Part shown: positions 9,983 to 20,342 of the stretch, one piece after another
Layout: each line of letters begins with the position of its first letter
Position numbering within the stretch: the first letter of the stretch is position 1
Assembly: GCA_963663235.2 (NCBI GenBank)
Contig: CAXXNO010000004.1
Span: 704,001 to 768,000 of the forward strand
Source: Dehalococcoidia bacterium
Lineage (GTDB): Bacteria > Chloroflexota > Dehalococcoidia > Bin125
Reading direction: 5' to 3'
Length of the DNA stretch: 64,000 nt
Translations under genes and position numbers: made by a program
The notes under the pieces: model-generated
Seen by the model: the letters and a program-made list of their open reading frames with translations, nothing else
Databases searched by the model: none
What the model was told of the DNA's origin: nothing

Positions 9983-11407
9983 ATGGCGACGAACAAGGAG
10001 ATCCGCACCGTCCGGGCGATCGCCGACGGGCTGGCGGCGGGCGAATTCTCGAGCCGCGAGATCACGCAGCTCCTGCTGGACCACATCGAGCGGACGGACG
10101 GCACGATCAAAGCCTTCAACCGCGTCGCGCCTGAGCACGCGCTCCAGGCGGCCGACGCGTCGGACAAGCGTCGGCGCGCCGGCGCTGCGCAGGGTCCGCT
10201 GGATGGGGTGCCGTACGCGGCCAAGGACCTGGTCGAGACGGCCGGGATCGAGACGACCTCCTCCTCGAAAGTGCTGGAGGGGCACATCCCGACCCAGAGC
10301 GCCTCCACGGTGGAGCGCCTGGACGCCGCGGGCGCGGTCTTGGTGGGGAAGACGAACACCCACCAGTTCGCCTACGGGGTGCAGACGCCGCCGACGCGCA
10401 ATCCCTGGGACATGGAGACACCGCGGGTTCCCGGCGGTTCGAGCGGCGGCACCGGCGCGGCGGTGGCCACGGGGCAGATCCCCTTCGGCCTGGGCACGGA
10501 CACCGGCGGGTCGATCCGCATCCCCGCCTGCGTGAACGGGGTCACGGGACTGAAGGCGACGTTCGGCCGGATCCCCAAAGATGGAGTCCACGTGCTCTCG
10601 TACGCCCTGGACCACATCGGGCCCCTGTGCTGGACGGCGGAGGACGCCGCTCTGGCGCTGAACGTGCTCGCCGGCTACGACGCCCGCGACCTGAACTCGT
10701 CCAAGCAGCCGACCGAGGACTACACGGCGCACTTGGGGGAGGGCGTCAGGGGCCTGCGCGTCGCCGTGCCGCGTAACTACTTCAACAGCCACTACCCGGG
10801 CGTGACGGCGCCGTTCGAGGCCGCGGTCGCCGAGTTGAAGACGGCGGGCGCGCAAGTGTTTGCGGTCACGATACCGAAGGCGATCGAGTTGGTTGAGCCG
10901 GCAGGGTTCGGCATCTCCTTGGCGGAGTCGGCGGCCTGGCACGCCGGACCGATGCGCCGGCAGGGGCCGGACTATCAGGACGACGTGCGCAGCTTTATCC
11001 AGATCGGCGAGGTGATGCTCGCCACCGACTACATCAACGCCCAGCGCTATCGCACGCGGTTCAACGCAGAGATGCGAGAACTCTGGAAGCAGGAGCGCAT
11101 CGACGTGCTGGTCACGCCGACGATGCCAGTCACCGCGGCCCGGCACGGGCAGATGGAATACGAGGCGCCGGACGGCTTCCAGGAGACGCTGATGTCGGCC
11201 TCGATCCGCTGCTGCTTGCCCTTCAACATGACCGGGCAGCCGGCCCTGACCGTGCCGTGTGGCTTCGATGAGCAAGGGCTGCCCGTAGGGCTGCAGATCG
11301 TCGCGCGGCCGTGGGCCGACGCCCTGACGCTGCGGGTGGGGCACGCCTACCAGCAAGCGACCGACTGGCACACGAAGCGTCCGCCGCTCGCGGCGCTCGG
11401 CGCCTGA
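9983..11407 (+). CDS. Amidase signature (GatA-like) enzyme, copy 1
   Basis: GPLDGVPYAAKD, GGSSGG, GTDTGGSIRIPA; AGGAGG RBS. Confidence 0.95.
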   Translation: MATNKEIRTVRAIADGLAAGEFSSREITQLLLDHIERTDGTIKAFNRVAPEHALQAADASDKRRRAGAAQGPLDGVPYAAKDLVETAGIETTSSSKVLEGHIPTQSASTVERLDAAGAVLVGKTNTHQFAYGVQTPPTRNPWDMETPRVPGGSSGGTGAAVATGQIPFGLGTDTGGSIRIPACVNGVTGLKATFGRIPKDGVHVLSYALDHIGPLCWTAEDAALALNVLAGYDARDLNSSKQPTEDYTAHLGEGVRGLRVAVPRNYFNSHYPGVTAPFEAAVAELKTAGAQVFAVTIPKAIELVEPAGFGISLAESAAWHAGPMRRQGPDYQDDVRSFIQIGEVMLATDYINAQRYRTRFNAEMRELWKQERIDVLVTPTMPVTAARHGQMEYEAPDGFQETLMSASIRCCLPFNMTGQPALTVPCGFDEQGLPVGLQIVARPWADALTLRVGHAYQQATDWHTKRPPLAALGA

Positions 11408-11641
11408 AGCGCCGCTCCCCGCGGCCGCTCGCCAGTGACGGCTGCAAGTGCTGTCGCGTCTCGCGAGCGCGGACGATCCGTTGATCGTGGTGGTCGAGTC
11501 CAGCCGACGGTCCGCGTCGATCAGGGCGGCTCGGGCTGCAGACGGGCCGCACGCCGGTGTATCGCTCGGCGCGTCGCGGCAACGCGGGCGCCGGCGCAGG
11601 ACGCCGCCGGCGGCGGCCCCTGCTCATCGAAGGCGGCCGGT

Positions 11642-12055
11642 CTAGCCGAGCGCGGCGATGCCGGCCTGCGCCACTTCCATGTCCTGCTGGTAGCTGCCAC
11701 CGCTGACACCGATCGCGCCGATGGTTTGGCCATCGCTCTGTAGGGGGTAGCCGCCGCCGATCATCATGAAGCGGGGAACGGCGAGGATGCCGTTGAGCAG
11801 CGGCGGGTCGTCCTTGATCAGGTCGAACCACTGGTCGGTGGGGAGACCGAACCCGGCGGCGGTCCAGGCTTTGTCGTTGGCGACGCCGATGCTGGGAAAC
11901 GGGGCCCCGTCCATGCGCACGAACGCCTTCAGGTAGGCGGCATCATCGAGCACTGAGATGACCACGGCAACGCCGATCTCCTTGGCTTTGGCCTCGGCGG
12001 CCGCGACGACCTGCTTCGCCGCCTCCGCGCTGATTGTCTGCTTGGCTACCGTCAT
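11642..12055 (-). CDS. GlcG/HbpS heme-binding family protein
   Basis: AFVRMDGA, KAWTAA, GGGYPL, GAIGVSGG...QDMEVA. Confidence 0.9.
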   Translation of the reverse strand: MTVAKQTISAEAAKQVVAAAEAKAKEIGVAVVISVLDDAAYLKAFVRMDGAPFPSIGVANDKAWTAAGFGLPTDQWFDLIKDDPPLLNGILAVPRFMMIGGGYPLQSDGQTIGAIGVSGGSYQQDMEVAQAGIAALG

Positions 12056-12241
12056 TGCCACGAGTGGCTCCTTTTCGCTTGGGGGCTCACGCATTCGATG
12101 CACACGGGAGGCTAACGGAGATACCACGGCGCGAACAGGGCGGGGAAGGTCAAGCCTGCTGCGGAGAACGGCCTCGACCGACGTGAACGGATGCGCCCCT
12201 ACACGAATCGCGAGGCCGAGATCGACGAGCGTCCCCCTGGC

Positions 12242-13490
12242 TCACTGCAACGGAATTCGCGCTCGGAAGCGGCACCCGGAGCCGCCGTCCTCATCCAGAA
12301 CGAGAGTGCCGTCGTGCGCCTCGAAGATCCCGCGGGCGATCGCGAGTCCGAGACCCGCGCCGGCACCGTCGCGCCACGTCGCCGCGGAAGAACGGATCGA
12401 AGACACGGGCGGCGTCCGCAGCCGGGATGCCCGGGCCGGAGTCCGCCACGGTCAATTCCAGGCCGCCGTCCAGGCGCCGTGCCGCGAGCGTGACCCGCCC
12501 GCCGGCTGGCGAATAGCGGATGGCGTTGCTGAGCAGATTGCGCAGCGCCCGCTGCATGCACCAGGGGTCGGCTTGAACCAGTGGAAGGTCCGGGCCCACC
12601 TCGCTGTGGAGCTGCACGGCGTCGTGGTCGGCTTCGGCGCGCACGCTTTCGACGGACTCGGCGACCAGCACACCCACATCGGTGGGCGTGCGTTGCAGCG
12701 CGAGGGCACCGGCCTCGATACGGGAGAGGTCGAAGAGATCCTCGATCAGGCGGTCGAGCCGTTCGAGCTCAGCTCCGATCTGTATGAGGTAGCGACGCTG
12801 GGTGTCCTCATCAAGAAGCTGATCGGCGATCGCTTCGCTCATCAGTCGGGCGCTGGCGAGCGGCGTGCGCAGGTCGTGGGAGATGGCCGCCACCAGTTCC
12901 CGTCGCTGGGCTTCCGCTCGCGTCCGCGCCGCCGTGGCGGCGCTCAGCCGTTCGGCCATCGCGTTGAACGCGCGAGCCAGATGCGCGACCTCGTCGTGGC
13001 CGTCGGTCGCGGCGCGCACCGCGACGGTATCCGTGCGGACCTGGTCAACGGTCTGGACGAGACGGCTGATCGAGTCGGAGGCCGCGCGCGCGACCTGGCC
13101 CGCGATGAGGGAGGCGACGAGGAGAGAGAAGAGGAGCAGGGCCGCGAGCAGCGTGAGGTCATGGCCGCTGAGGAACATGAAGCCCGCCGTGATGATGACG
13201 TTCACCAGCGCCAGCAGGACCCCGAAGAGGGCCGCCAGCACGATCCGTCCCCCCATCCCGGCGAGCGGGCGCCTTCGCAAATAGCGGAGGATGGCGAAGT
13301 AGGCCAGGAAAGAGACCAACGCGGAAGCGCTCAGCAGGCCTGCGATCTGGGGCAGTTCGCCCTGCGGCGGATCCATCGCCAGCCAGATGACGAACAGGCC
13401 CACGGCGATGGCGCCGAGGAGGGCGAAGGGGAGCGCCGGCATGCGACCGAGCAGGAGCGAGACGCCGTGCGCGCGGGGAACGCTACGCAT
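12242..13490 (-). CDS. Membrane HAMP sensor histidine kinase, frameshifted near 12370
   Basis: ISHDLRTPL, NLLSNAIRY, DSGPGI. The G2 box GAGLGLAIARGIFEAHDG...RIPLQ* lies in another frame ending at 12242. Confidence 0.88.
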
Positions 13491-14166
13491 CGAACCGATA
13501 CCCGACGGACCACACGGTCATGAGATGGCGCGGCCGTTGATCATCGACCTCGATCTTCACGCGGAGGCGCCGCACGTGGACGGTGACGGTGGAGGCATCG
13601 CCTTCGAAGTCCCAGCCCCAGACCTGCTCCAGAAGTTGCTCCCGGCTGAAGACCTGACTGCGATGCGAGGCAAAGAACAGGAGGAGGTCAAACTCCTTGG
13701 CGCTGAGCGCGATGGGATCGCCGTCTCGCAGAACGGTGCGAGCCGCCGGATCGATCTCGAGATTGCCCGCGATCAGCCGTCCGTTGGTCCCGGCATCCGC
13801 AGCGCTGCGGCGCAACACCGCCTTGACGCGGGCGACGAGCTCCCGCGGGCTGAAGGGCTTGACCAAGTAGTCATCGGCGCCCAGCTCAAGGCCGAGAAGA
13901 CGCTCCGGCTCGCGCCCCCGCGCGGTGAGCATGATGATGGGAACATCCGATTGGGCGCGCACACGGCGACAGACCTCTTCCCCCGGGATCTCTGGAAGCA
14001 TGAGATCGAGCACGATCAGCTCGGGCGGGTGCGTGGCGATCATGGCGAGCGCTTCCGTCCCCGACCGCGCCGTGCGGACAGTGAAGCCGTCGCGCTCCAG
14101 GTAGCGGCGGACCACGTCGAGCACGGTCGCTTCGTCGTCCACCACGAGGATCGCGGGCTGGGCCAC
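13483..14166 (-). CDS. OmpR-family response regulator
   Basis: LVVDDE, LDLMLP, GADDYLVKPFSPREL, TVTVHVRRLR, VWSVGYRF. Confidence 0.95.
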   Translation of the reverse strand: MAQPAILVVDDEATVLDVVRRYLERDGFTVRTARSGTEALAMIATHPPELIVLDLMLPEIPGEEVCRRVRAQSDVPIIMLTARGREPERLLGLELGADDYLVKPFSPRELVARVKAVLRRSAADAGTNGRLIAGNLEIDPAARTVLRDGDPIALSAKEFDLLLFFASHRSQVFSREQLLEQVWGWDFEGDASTVTVHVRRLRVKIEVDDQRPRHLMTVWSVGYRFDA

Positions 14167-14246
14167 GTCGTTGCTTCCAAGGCGGGGCAGAGGGGCGAAG
14201 CCCCCTCCACGCTCCGCGGGGCGCTCGCTTCCGCCACCCGAGCGTT

Positions 14247-15311
14247 TTAGCGCCGCGCCCTCGATAGTCGAACGATAGCACCGAGCGCGAGGACACCCAG
14301 AGCGGCGAACGCCGCGATCTGCCACGGGGCCAAGCCGCCGTCTCCATCGGCGAGACCGCCGCTCCCAGTTGACGGGAGGGCCGTGGCACGCGGCGGCCCG
14401 CCGAGCGTCGCGGTTCCCGTGGGGACGCTTCCGAGGTTCTGCTCCAGTGGCGTCAGGGTGTGGTCGAGCAGGCCCGCGGGCACTTCGCCCACGAGTGGCT
14501 TGATGGAGAAGGGTCCAGAACCCGTGGGGTCACTCCCCATCAGGTCGGGCTCCACGGAGATCACGATGAGCGAGTCGCCATCCGCGAGGTTGACCGGGGG
14601 CGCTATCGCCGCAGGCAGGTTTGCCACGAAGTCCTCCCCGGGGAAGGGAGGGCCGGAGCTCGACCCCGAGAAGGCAGCGGCGAGATCGGCGCCGCCAGGG
14701 GTTTCGAAAGGTCCCGTACTCAGCGGCGTCCCCTGCGTCACGCCCCAGCCCTCGTAGACCCACCCGGCGGGCAAGGCGGGGAGGGTGAGCGACGGTTGCG
14801 GGCCCGCGGGGTCCAAAAACCAGACGCCGGCGGCATCGTTGTCGGGGTCGTCATCCGTGGGTGTTGCGAGGATGTAACCGCCGGCGGCGGCGGAGAGGTC
14901 GACGGGGAAAGCCAGAGCGGCGCGGTCGCCGGCGCGCGGGCCGGCCAGGACGACGATGCCGCTCGGCAGATCGTCGACATCGCCGTCGGCCTCGATCGTG
15001 ACGACGATGGAATCTGCGTCGCGCAGATCGACGCCGGATCGGAAGAGGTCGATCGGCTGGCCGGCGAGCGTCAGAAGGGAACCGTCGCCGGCGAGGGCGA
15101 ACTTCCCGGTGCTGACCTTTTCCTCCCCGAAAATCGCCCAGCCTTCGTAATGCCCCGCTGCCAGGGGTTCAAGCGCCCGGAGATCGAGGCGCAGCGTGGT
15201 GGCGACCTGGGCCTGCGTCTGTTCTGTAAGGACCGGGGCGACCACGGCGGCCGAGATCGCCACGAGTCCGAGAGTGAGGACGTACAAATGCTTCCTAGTA
15301 ATGCGTCGCAC
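14247..15311 (-). CDS. Secreted/surface protein with a C-terminal LPxTG-like sorting signal
   Basis: Signal peptide; duplicated YEGW...STGxF motifs; LPSTGSGG, TM helix and RLSRARR tail. Confidence 0.8.
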   Translation of the reverse strand: MRRITRKHLYVLTLGLVAISAAVVAPVLTEQTQAQVATTLRLDLRALEPLAAGHYEGWAIFGEEKVSTGKFALAGDGSLLTLAGQPIDLFRSGVDLRDADSIVVTIEADGDVDDLPSGIVVLAGPRAGDRAALAFPVDLSAAAGGYILATPTDDDPDNDAAGVWFLDPAGPQPSLTLPALPAGWVYEGWGVTQGTPLSTGPFETPGGADLAAAFSGSSSGPPFPGEDFVANLPAAIAPPVNLADGDSLIVISVEPDLMGSDPTGSGPFSIKPLVGEVPAGLLDHTLTPLEQNLGSVPTGTATLGGPPRATALPSTGSGGLADGDGGLAPWQIAAFAALGVLALGAIVRLSRARR

Positions 15312-15436
15312 TGACCACGCTCCTTTTCCTACAGGAGCCAGTGTGCGGGGTAATTCTTACGAATCTCTAAACGAATCGACGGCGGCGATGGGGCGCAGGG
15401 CGTCACGTTTTGCCGCCTGAACCCTCTAATGGGCAG

Positions 15437-16553
15437 ATGAAAATGCGAGCGACACTCATCCTCCGAGCGCCCCTGGACCGGGTGCGCTTCGCAGTCGGCA
15501 TCGTGGACGGGTCGCGGGGCCACGAGGAGTCCGAGCAGGCCCCCGCTATCGATTGGTGCGCCGGGTGCGCCCGGGTCGCTGCCAACCTGCCACGGATCAG
15601 ACAGCGCCACCACCTCCTCCGCGTGCCGCGCCTCACGCTCCCGGGCGGGCTTCCGCCCGTCCCGGGCCCGACGCGCAGGATTGCACTCGTAGCGGTGACG
15701 GTGGCGACTATCGCGGTCGTCGGCCATTACCTGTCCGCACCAGGCATGGAGCAGACCTCCGTGTTGTACGCGTCCCCTCCGCACAGCGATGATTCCGCCG
15801 GCAAGGATCGCATCCTCACGCCGATTGAAACGCTCACCGACACGATCAATCGCGCCTTGGCGGACGGCCAGCTGACTGAGCAGGAAGCGGCGACGCTGGG
15901 CCGGCAGTGGCCGGAATTGGCCCTGGCGCAACAGTCCTTCGAGAGCGTGATCCAAGGAACGTCCATGCAGGAGCTGTTCGCCGCGCTCCTTGGGGTGACC
16001 AGACTGCAGAAACACCTCGCGGCGGCCGATGACGGCACGCCCGAGCAGATCGGCCTACTCCTGACATCGTGCAACGCTCTGGCTTCGGTCTTGCAAGATG
16101 CGATCCCGGATGAAGGCGGTAGCACAGACGGTTCCGGCGTCGCCGTCGATGGCGACGGCTATGTCCTGTACTACGTCCCGGCCAACGGCGCTACGGACTC
16201 GGCCCCCGACAACAGCGACGGCGGCGGCAACGGCAACAACGGCGGCGGCAACGGTAACGGCGGCGACAACGGTAACGGCGACAACGGCGGCAACGGCAAC
16301 GGCGGCGGACAACGGCGGCAACAACGGCGGCAACGGCAACGGCAGCGGCGACAACGGCAACGGCGACAACGGCAACGGCGACAACGGTAACGGCGACAAC
16401 GACAACGGCAACGGCGGCAACGGCAACGGCGACAACGGCAACGGCGACAACGGTAACGGCGGCGACGACGGTAACGGCGGCGACAACGGTAACGGCGGCG
16501 GCAACGGTAACGGCGGCAACAACGGTAACGGCGGCGGCAACGGTGACGATTAG
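15437..16553 (+). CDS. Membrane-anchored protein with a Gly/Asn/Asp-rich C-terminal tail, frameshifted near 16308
   Basis: TM IALVAVTVATIAVV; the GNG repeat begins in ORF 15410..16390 and continues in the frame of ORF 16098..16553 after an extra G (ggcggcggacaac). Confidence 0.6.
16209..16550 (+). repeat. Low-complexity tandem repeat (GGCAAC/GGCGACAAC/GGTAAC units) encoding G-N-G-D
   Basis: Directly visible degenerate codon-unit repeats. Confidence 0.95.
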
Positions 16554-16633
16554 CACGCCGCGCGCGTGCTTCGATCGCAGCCCCAGAATCTCCCGCCAGT
16601 GCCCTCTGGCGGGATCCGTGGGGAGCGGCCTGG

Positions 16634-17158
16634 CTACAGGTCCATTCGCTGCGCCAGTAGCTCCGCGATCATCTCCACCACCTCGGCCGGCGTCGGCACC
16701 AGGAACGCGATAAATTGGAGCAAGCCCACCGCTCGCCCCCGACGGATCAGCGCGATGTCGAGGGATATGGGAAACTTCGCTCCCTCCACCTCCAGCGTCA
16801 CCATCCCCCGGAACAGCGCGGACTCGTCCCCGAGCCGCAGGAACGGTCTTATCCCACTCGGTCCGACGGCGACCGTCGCCACTGCGCCGATGTTCTGCTC
16901 GGACAGCGCCTCGGCCAGCTCCTTGAACAACACCGCCGCCACTCGGCCCACGTCCTGCCCCGCGATCTGCTGGAACGCCACCGCCGCGTCGCCTTCGCTC
17001 TCCAGGATCACGGCGATGTGCCGCACGGCGTCCACCACCCACCCGTCCGGGAGATCCGCGAGCATTCCCCGCCGACGCCCCTGGCCGGCCCTCAGAGGCT
17101 TGTGCCCTCGATCAGGTGTTGTGGGAGCCCTTGATCGGGCCGCCCTAGATAGCGGCAT
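16634..17158 (-). CDS. Hypothetical protein (possibly a truncated fragment)
   Basis: Globular-looking ...LGDESALFRGMVTLEVEG...IALIRRGRAVGLL segment; the N-terminus looks non-coding. Confidence 0.45.
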   Translation of the reverse strand: MPLSRAARSRAPTTPDRGHKPLRAGQGRRRGMLADLPDGWVVDAVRHIAVILESEGDAAVAFQQIAGQDVGRVAAVLFKELAEALSEQNIGAVATVAVGPSGIRPFLRLGDESALFRGMVTLEVEGAKFPISLDIALIRRGRAVGLLQFIAFLVPTPAEVVEMIAELLAQRMDL

Positions 17159-17164
17159 GGCGCG

Positions 17165-17485
17165 GGGAGTCTGAACAGGCCCCCGCGATCGATCTGCACG
17201 CCGTGTGCGCCCGGGTCGCTGCCAACCGGCGACGGATCGGACAGCGCCAGCGCCTCCTCCGCGTGCCGCGCCTCACGCACCCGGGCGGGCTCCCGCCCGT
17301 CCCGGCCCGACGCTCAGGAATGCACTAGTGGCGGTGACGGTGACGGTGACGGTGAGCCGGCGATCACAGCGACGACGATGGTGACGACCGCCGCGGCGAT
17401 GACGATCGCGCTGGCAACTCGGGCGGCAACAGCGGTGGTAATCACGGCAACGGCGGCGGCGACGGTGATGATTAGCACGCCCACG
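17165..17485 (+). pseudogene. Degenerate, internally deleted duplicate of the 15437..16553 gene
   Basis: About 17170-17345 aligns by eye with about 15530-15705, and ggcggcgacggtgatgattagcacgcc matches the 3' end at about 16530-16560. Confidence 0.75.
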
Positions 17486-17564
17486 GCCGAGCGATCGATC
17501 GGCGGGGCGGGGCGGCGGATGGGCAGTATACTGCCGGGGTTCGATGGTTCCGTCGGGGGGCGTG

Positions 17565-18746
17565 ATGGACTTTTCGTTTGGCGAGAACGAGGAGCGGCTG
17601 CGGGAGGAGGTGCGGTCCTTCCTGCGCGACAACCTGCCGGAGTCGGATGTCGGCGGCGACGCCGCGCTGCGGCCGCGAACGGACCGCGAGTTCGAGCGGG
17701 CCCAGGCGATCAATCACAAACTGGCGGAGCGCGGCTGGATCGCGCCGGCGTGGCCGAAGCAGTACGGCGGGCTGGGCGCGTCGATCTTCGAACAGATGGT
17801 GTTCAACGAGGAGTTCGGCTACTACGGGGTACCGGACACGGGAACGCGGACCTTCGGCGTGGGCATGATTGGCCCGACGCTGATCATCCACGGGAGTGAA
17901 GAGCAGAAGCAGCGCTACCTGCCGCGGATCACGAGCGGGGAGGATATCTGGTGCCAGGGGTACAGCGAGCCGGGCGCCGGCTCAGACCTGGCCGGCCTGC
18001 AGACGCGCGCGGTGCGCGACGGCGACGACTACGTGATCAACGGCCACAAGATCTGGACTTCCGGCGGGCATCGCGCCAACCAGATGTTCTGTTTGGTGCG
18101 CACGAACCCCGAGGCCCCCAAGCATCGCGGGATCAGCTTCTTGATCGTCGACGACATCAAGCACGCCTCCGGCCTGGAGATCCGTCCCTTGATCAACATG
18201 GCGAACCGCCATCACTTCAACGAGGTCTTCTTTGAGGACGTGCGCGTGCCCGCGCGCAACCTGGTGGGGGAGGAAGATCGGGGCTGGTACATCGGCATGA
18301 CGTTGCTCGACTTCGAGCGATCGGGCATCGGGACGACGGCCGCCCAGCGCAAGACGCTGGAGGTGCTGGCAGCGAGGAGTCGCGAGTTGCCCGCGAGCCA
18401 GCGGGCGCGGGCGCGCATTGCGCTGGCCGATTGCGTGGTGGCCAACAACGCCTCCCGTCTCCTGGGCCTGCGCTTGGGCTCCATGCAGGCGCAGGGCCAA
18501 GTCCCGAACTATGAGGCCTCGATGGTGAAGGTGTTCCAGTCGGAGTTGGGCCAGCGGATCTACGGCTTCGGCGTCCGCATGCTCGGCCTGGCCGGCCAGC
18601 TGGTGCCGGAGGAGCCGCGCGCGCCGCTGGGCGGGGAGATCGTCGAGGCGATGATCCAGGCGGTGCCGACGACGATCTACAGCGGCACCAGCGAGATTCA
18701 GCGCAACATCATCGCCACGCGCGGGCTGGGCCTTCCGCGGGAGTAG
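17565..18746 (+). CDS. Acyl-CoA dehydrogenase
   Basis: WCQGYSEPGAGSDLA, INGHKIWTS, FNEVFFEDVRVP, GTSEIQRNIIA. Confidence 0.95.
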   Translation: MDFSFGENEERLREEVRSFLRDNLPESDVGGDAALRPRTDREFERAQAINHKLAERGWIAPAWPKQYGGLGASIFEQMVFNEEFGYYGVPDTGTRTFGVGMIGPTLIIHGSEEQKQRYLPRITSGEDIWCQGYSEPGAGSDLAGLQTRAVRDGDDYVINGHKIWTSGGHRANQMFCLVRTNPEAPKHRGISFLIVDDIKHASGLEIRPLINMANRHHFNEVFFEDVRVPARNLVGEEDRGWYIGMTLLDFERSGIGTTAAQRKTLEVLAARSRELPASQRARARIALADCVVANNASRLLGLRLGSMQAQGQVPNYEASMVKVFQSELGQRIYGFGVRMLGLAGQLVPEEPRAPLGGEIVEAMIQAVPTTIYSGTSEIQRNIIATRGLGLPRE

Positions 18747-18889
18747 CGCGCGCGGAGCGGCGCCCGCCTGGACGCCCAAGGCCTCAATCCTGCCGACCGG
18801 GCTACTCGACGACGCGACAGGCGCTGCGCCCTGTTTGTCTTGGACAGCGATGCCGTCTCGCCCTGCACCTGGACCAGTTCTTGGGGGAC

Positions 18890-19050
18890 AAGTCAGTCGA
18901 GCTCGCGCGAGCGCTCTGCGTCGGAGACCGCCGCGTCGACGTTGCCAAGCGAGCTGTGAGCAGCCGAGCGGGTGGCGTAGGTACGGGCGAGTGCGCGCTT
19001 CCCGGCGGCGGTGGGACGGGGTACCGGCGAACGCCTGGAGAATGGCGGTC
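18890..19050 (-). pseudogene. Decayed copy of the TPR protein 3' end
   Basis: cgcgcgagcgctctgcgtcg...gttgccaagcga occurs at about 18904-18953 and again at about 19700-19749. Confidence 0.55.
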
Positions 19051-19079
19051 TCTGATCCCCGCCGCGTGCCAGCCGAGCG

Positions 19080-19523
19080 ATGAGTCGTCTGTCCTATGGG
19101 GAATGGGACCAGTGCACCTCGGCTCCAGCGTCGCCACCACCGAGCATGGCGATGAACTGGAGGGACACGATGCACGATGCTCTCGTGGCAACTAACCAGA
19201 GTCTTTCGAAGAACGACACGTCGGCCCGCGAGCCCATGTGGAAGCGCTTCAAGCAGAGGCTGGGAGATGCGGCCCTGCTTCTCGTGGGAGTGGGGGCACC
19301 TCTCGCGCTCCCGATCGCCTTGGTTGTGACGAGCGACGGCCTCGCAGCCGAGATCAGCGGAGGGTTGTTGGGGCTGATGTTCTACTCGTTCGGCGTTGTT
19401 TTGATGGGGTACGTGTTCCTGTGGTGGATCACCGCTGCTCTTCTTGTCTTGGGCACAGTTTTTCTTGTCGTGACCGCTGCTCTTCTTGTCATGGGGGCGG
19501 CGAAGGCAATCCTCGCCTACTGA
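19080..19523 (+). CDS. Small hypothetical membrane protein (start uncertain)
   Basis: Three hydrophobic helices in the C-terminal half. Confidence 0.6.
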   Translation: MSRLSYGEWDQCTSAPASPPPSMAMNWRDTMHDALVATNQSLSKNDTSAREPMWKRFKQRLGDAALLLVGVGAPLALPIALVVTSDGLAAEISGGLLGLMFYSFGVVLMGYVFLWWITAALLVLGTVFLVVTAALLVMGAAKAILAY

Positions 19524-19688
19524 TGCAAGGCGCGAAACTTCTCGATGCGGTGGGCGAACTCGGCCTCGAAATCGCGCCGCGTGGCAGCCTCACCACTCGC
19601 CCCGGCCTTCGCCAAACCCCCAGCGTCCTTTGCTGCTAGCAGTCAGTGCGGCGAGGTGGCCCATCTGGGTCTGGTGTGTGGGGGCCGG

Positions 19689-20183
19689 TCAATCGAATTC
19701 GCGCGAGCGCTCTGCGTCGCGCGCCGCCGAATCGAAGTTGCCAAGCGACTCGTGTGCGACCGCGCGGGTCTCGTAGACGCCGGTGAGAATGGAGTGAAGG
19801 CGTCGATCCGGCAATCGTCGCTCCCAGAGGTCAATAGCGCGGCTGGCATCGGCGATGGCTGCGTCGAAGTTTCCGAGCTCTAACTGGGCGCGCGCGCGGT
19901 AGTCGTAGGCCAAGGCGAAGTCGGGGTCAAGATCGATCGCGGCGTCGAATCTGGCGATGGCGGCCGTCCACGCATGGCGTCCGCTGAGTTCGAACCCTGC
20001 GTCGAAATGCTCATCGGCGGCCTCAGGGCGTCCTCCAAGTGTTGAGCATGCGGCTGCCAGGACGATGAGGAGGGTGAGGAGGGCGACCGCGGGGCGGAGG
20101 AAACCGGGAGGTTGGGGGGCGTGACGGATTCGCGGAAACGAGGGAGACGCCACATCGGGCTGCCTTTCATTCGACAACGCCAT
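19689..20183 (-). CDS. TPR-repeat lipoprotein (possibly degenerate)
   Basis: Hydrophobic stretch ending LAAAC; AIDLDPDFALAYDYRARAQLELGNFDAAIADASRAIDL is a TPR. Confidence 0.7.
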   Translation of the reverse strand: MALSNERQPDVASPSFPRIRHAPQPPGFLRPAVALLTLLIVLAAACSTLGGRPEAADEHFDAGFELSGRHAWTAAIARFDAAIDLDPDFALAYDYRARAQLELGNFDAAIADASRAIDLWERRLPDRRLHSILTGVYETRAVAHESLGNFDSAARDAERSREFD

Positions 20184-20342
20184 TGTGCAAATGCGCGATG
20201 ATTGTGGAGAGTGAGAACGGTTCCGGCAACCTAGTATTCGTGCTGCGCAGGTCCCGCAGGACGGAGTGTTGTGCCCCACAGGCTTTGAAACACCACGGGC
20301 TTGCCAAGAAGAGATGAACCAGCGCCGATGCGAGGATCTGGA

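Noticed and set aside
9983-11407. gatA (Glu-tRNA amidotransferase subunit A)
   Set aside because: No gatB/gatC nearby and the gene is duplicated; it looks like a catabolic amidase.
16209-16550. Possible CRISPR array or non-coding satellite
   Set aside because: The units are codon-based degenerate repeats without unique spacers, and no cas genes are present.
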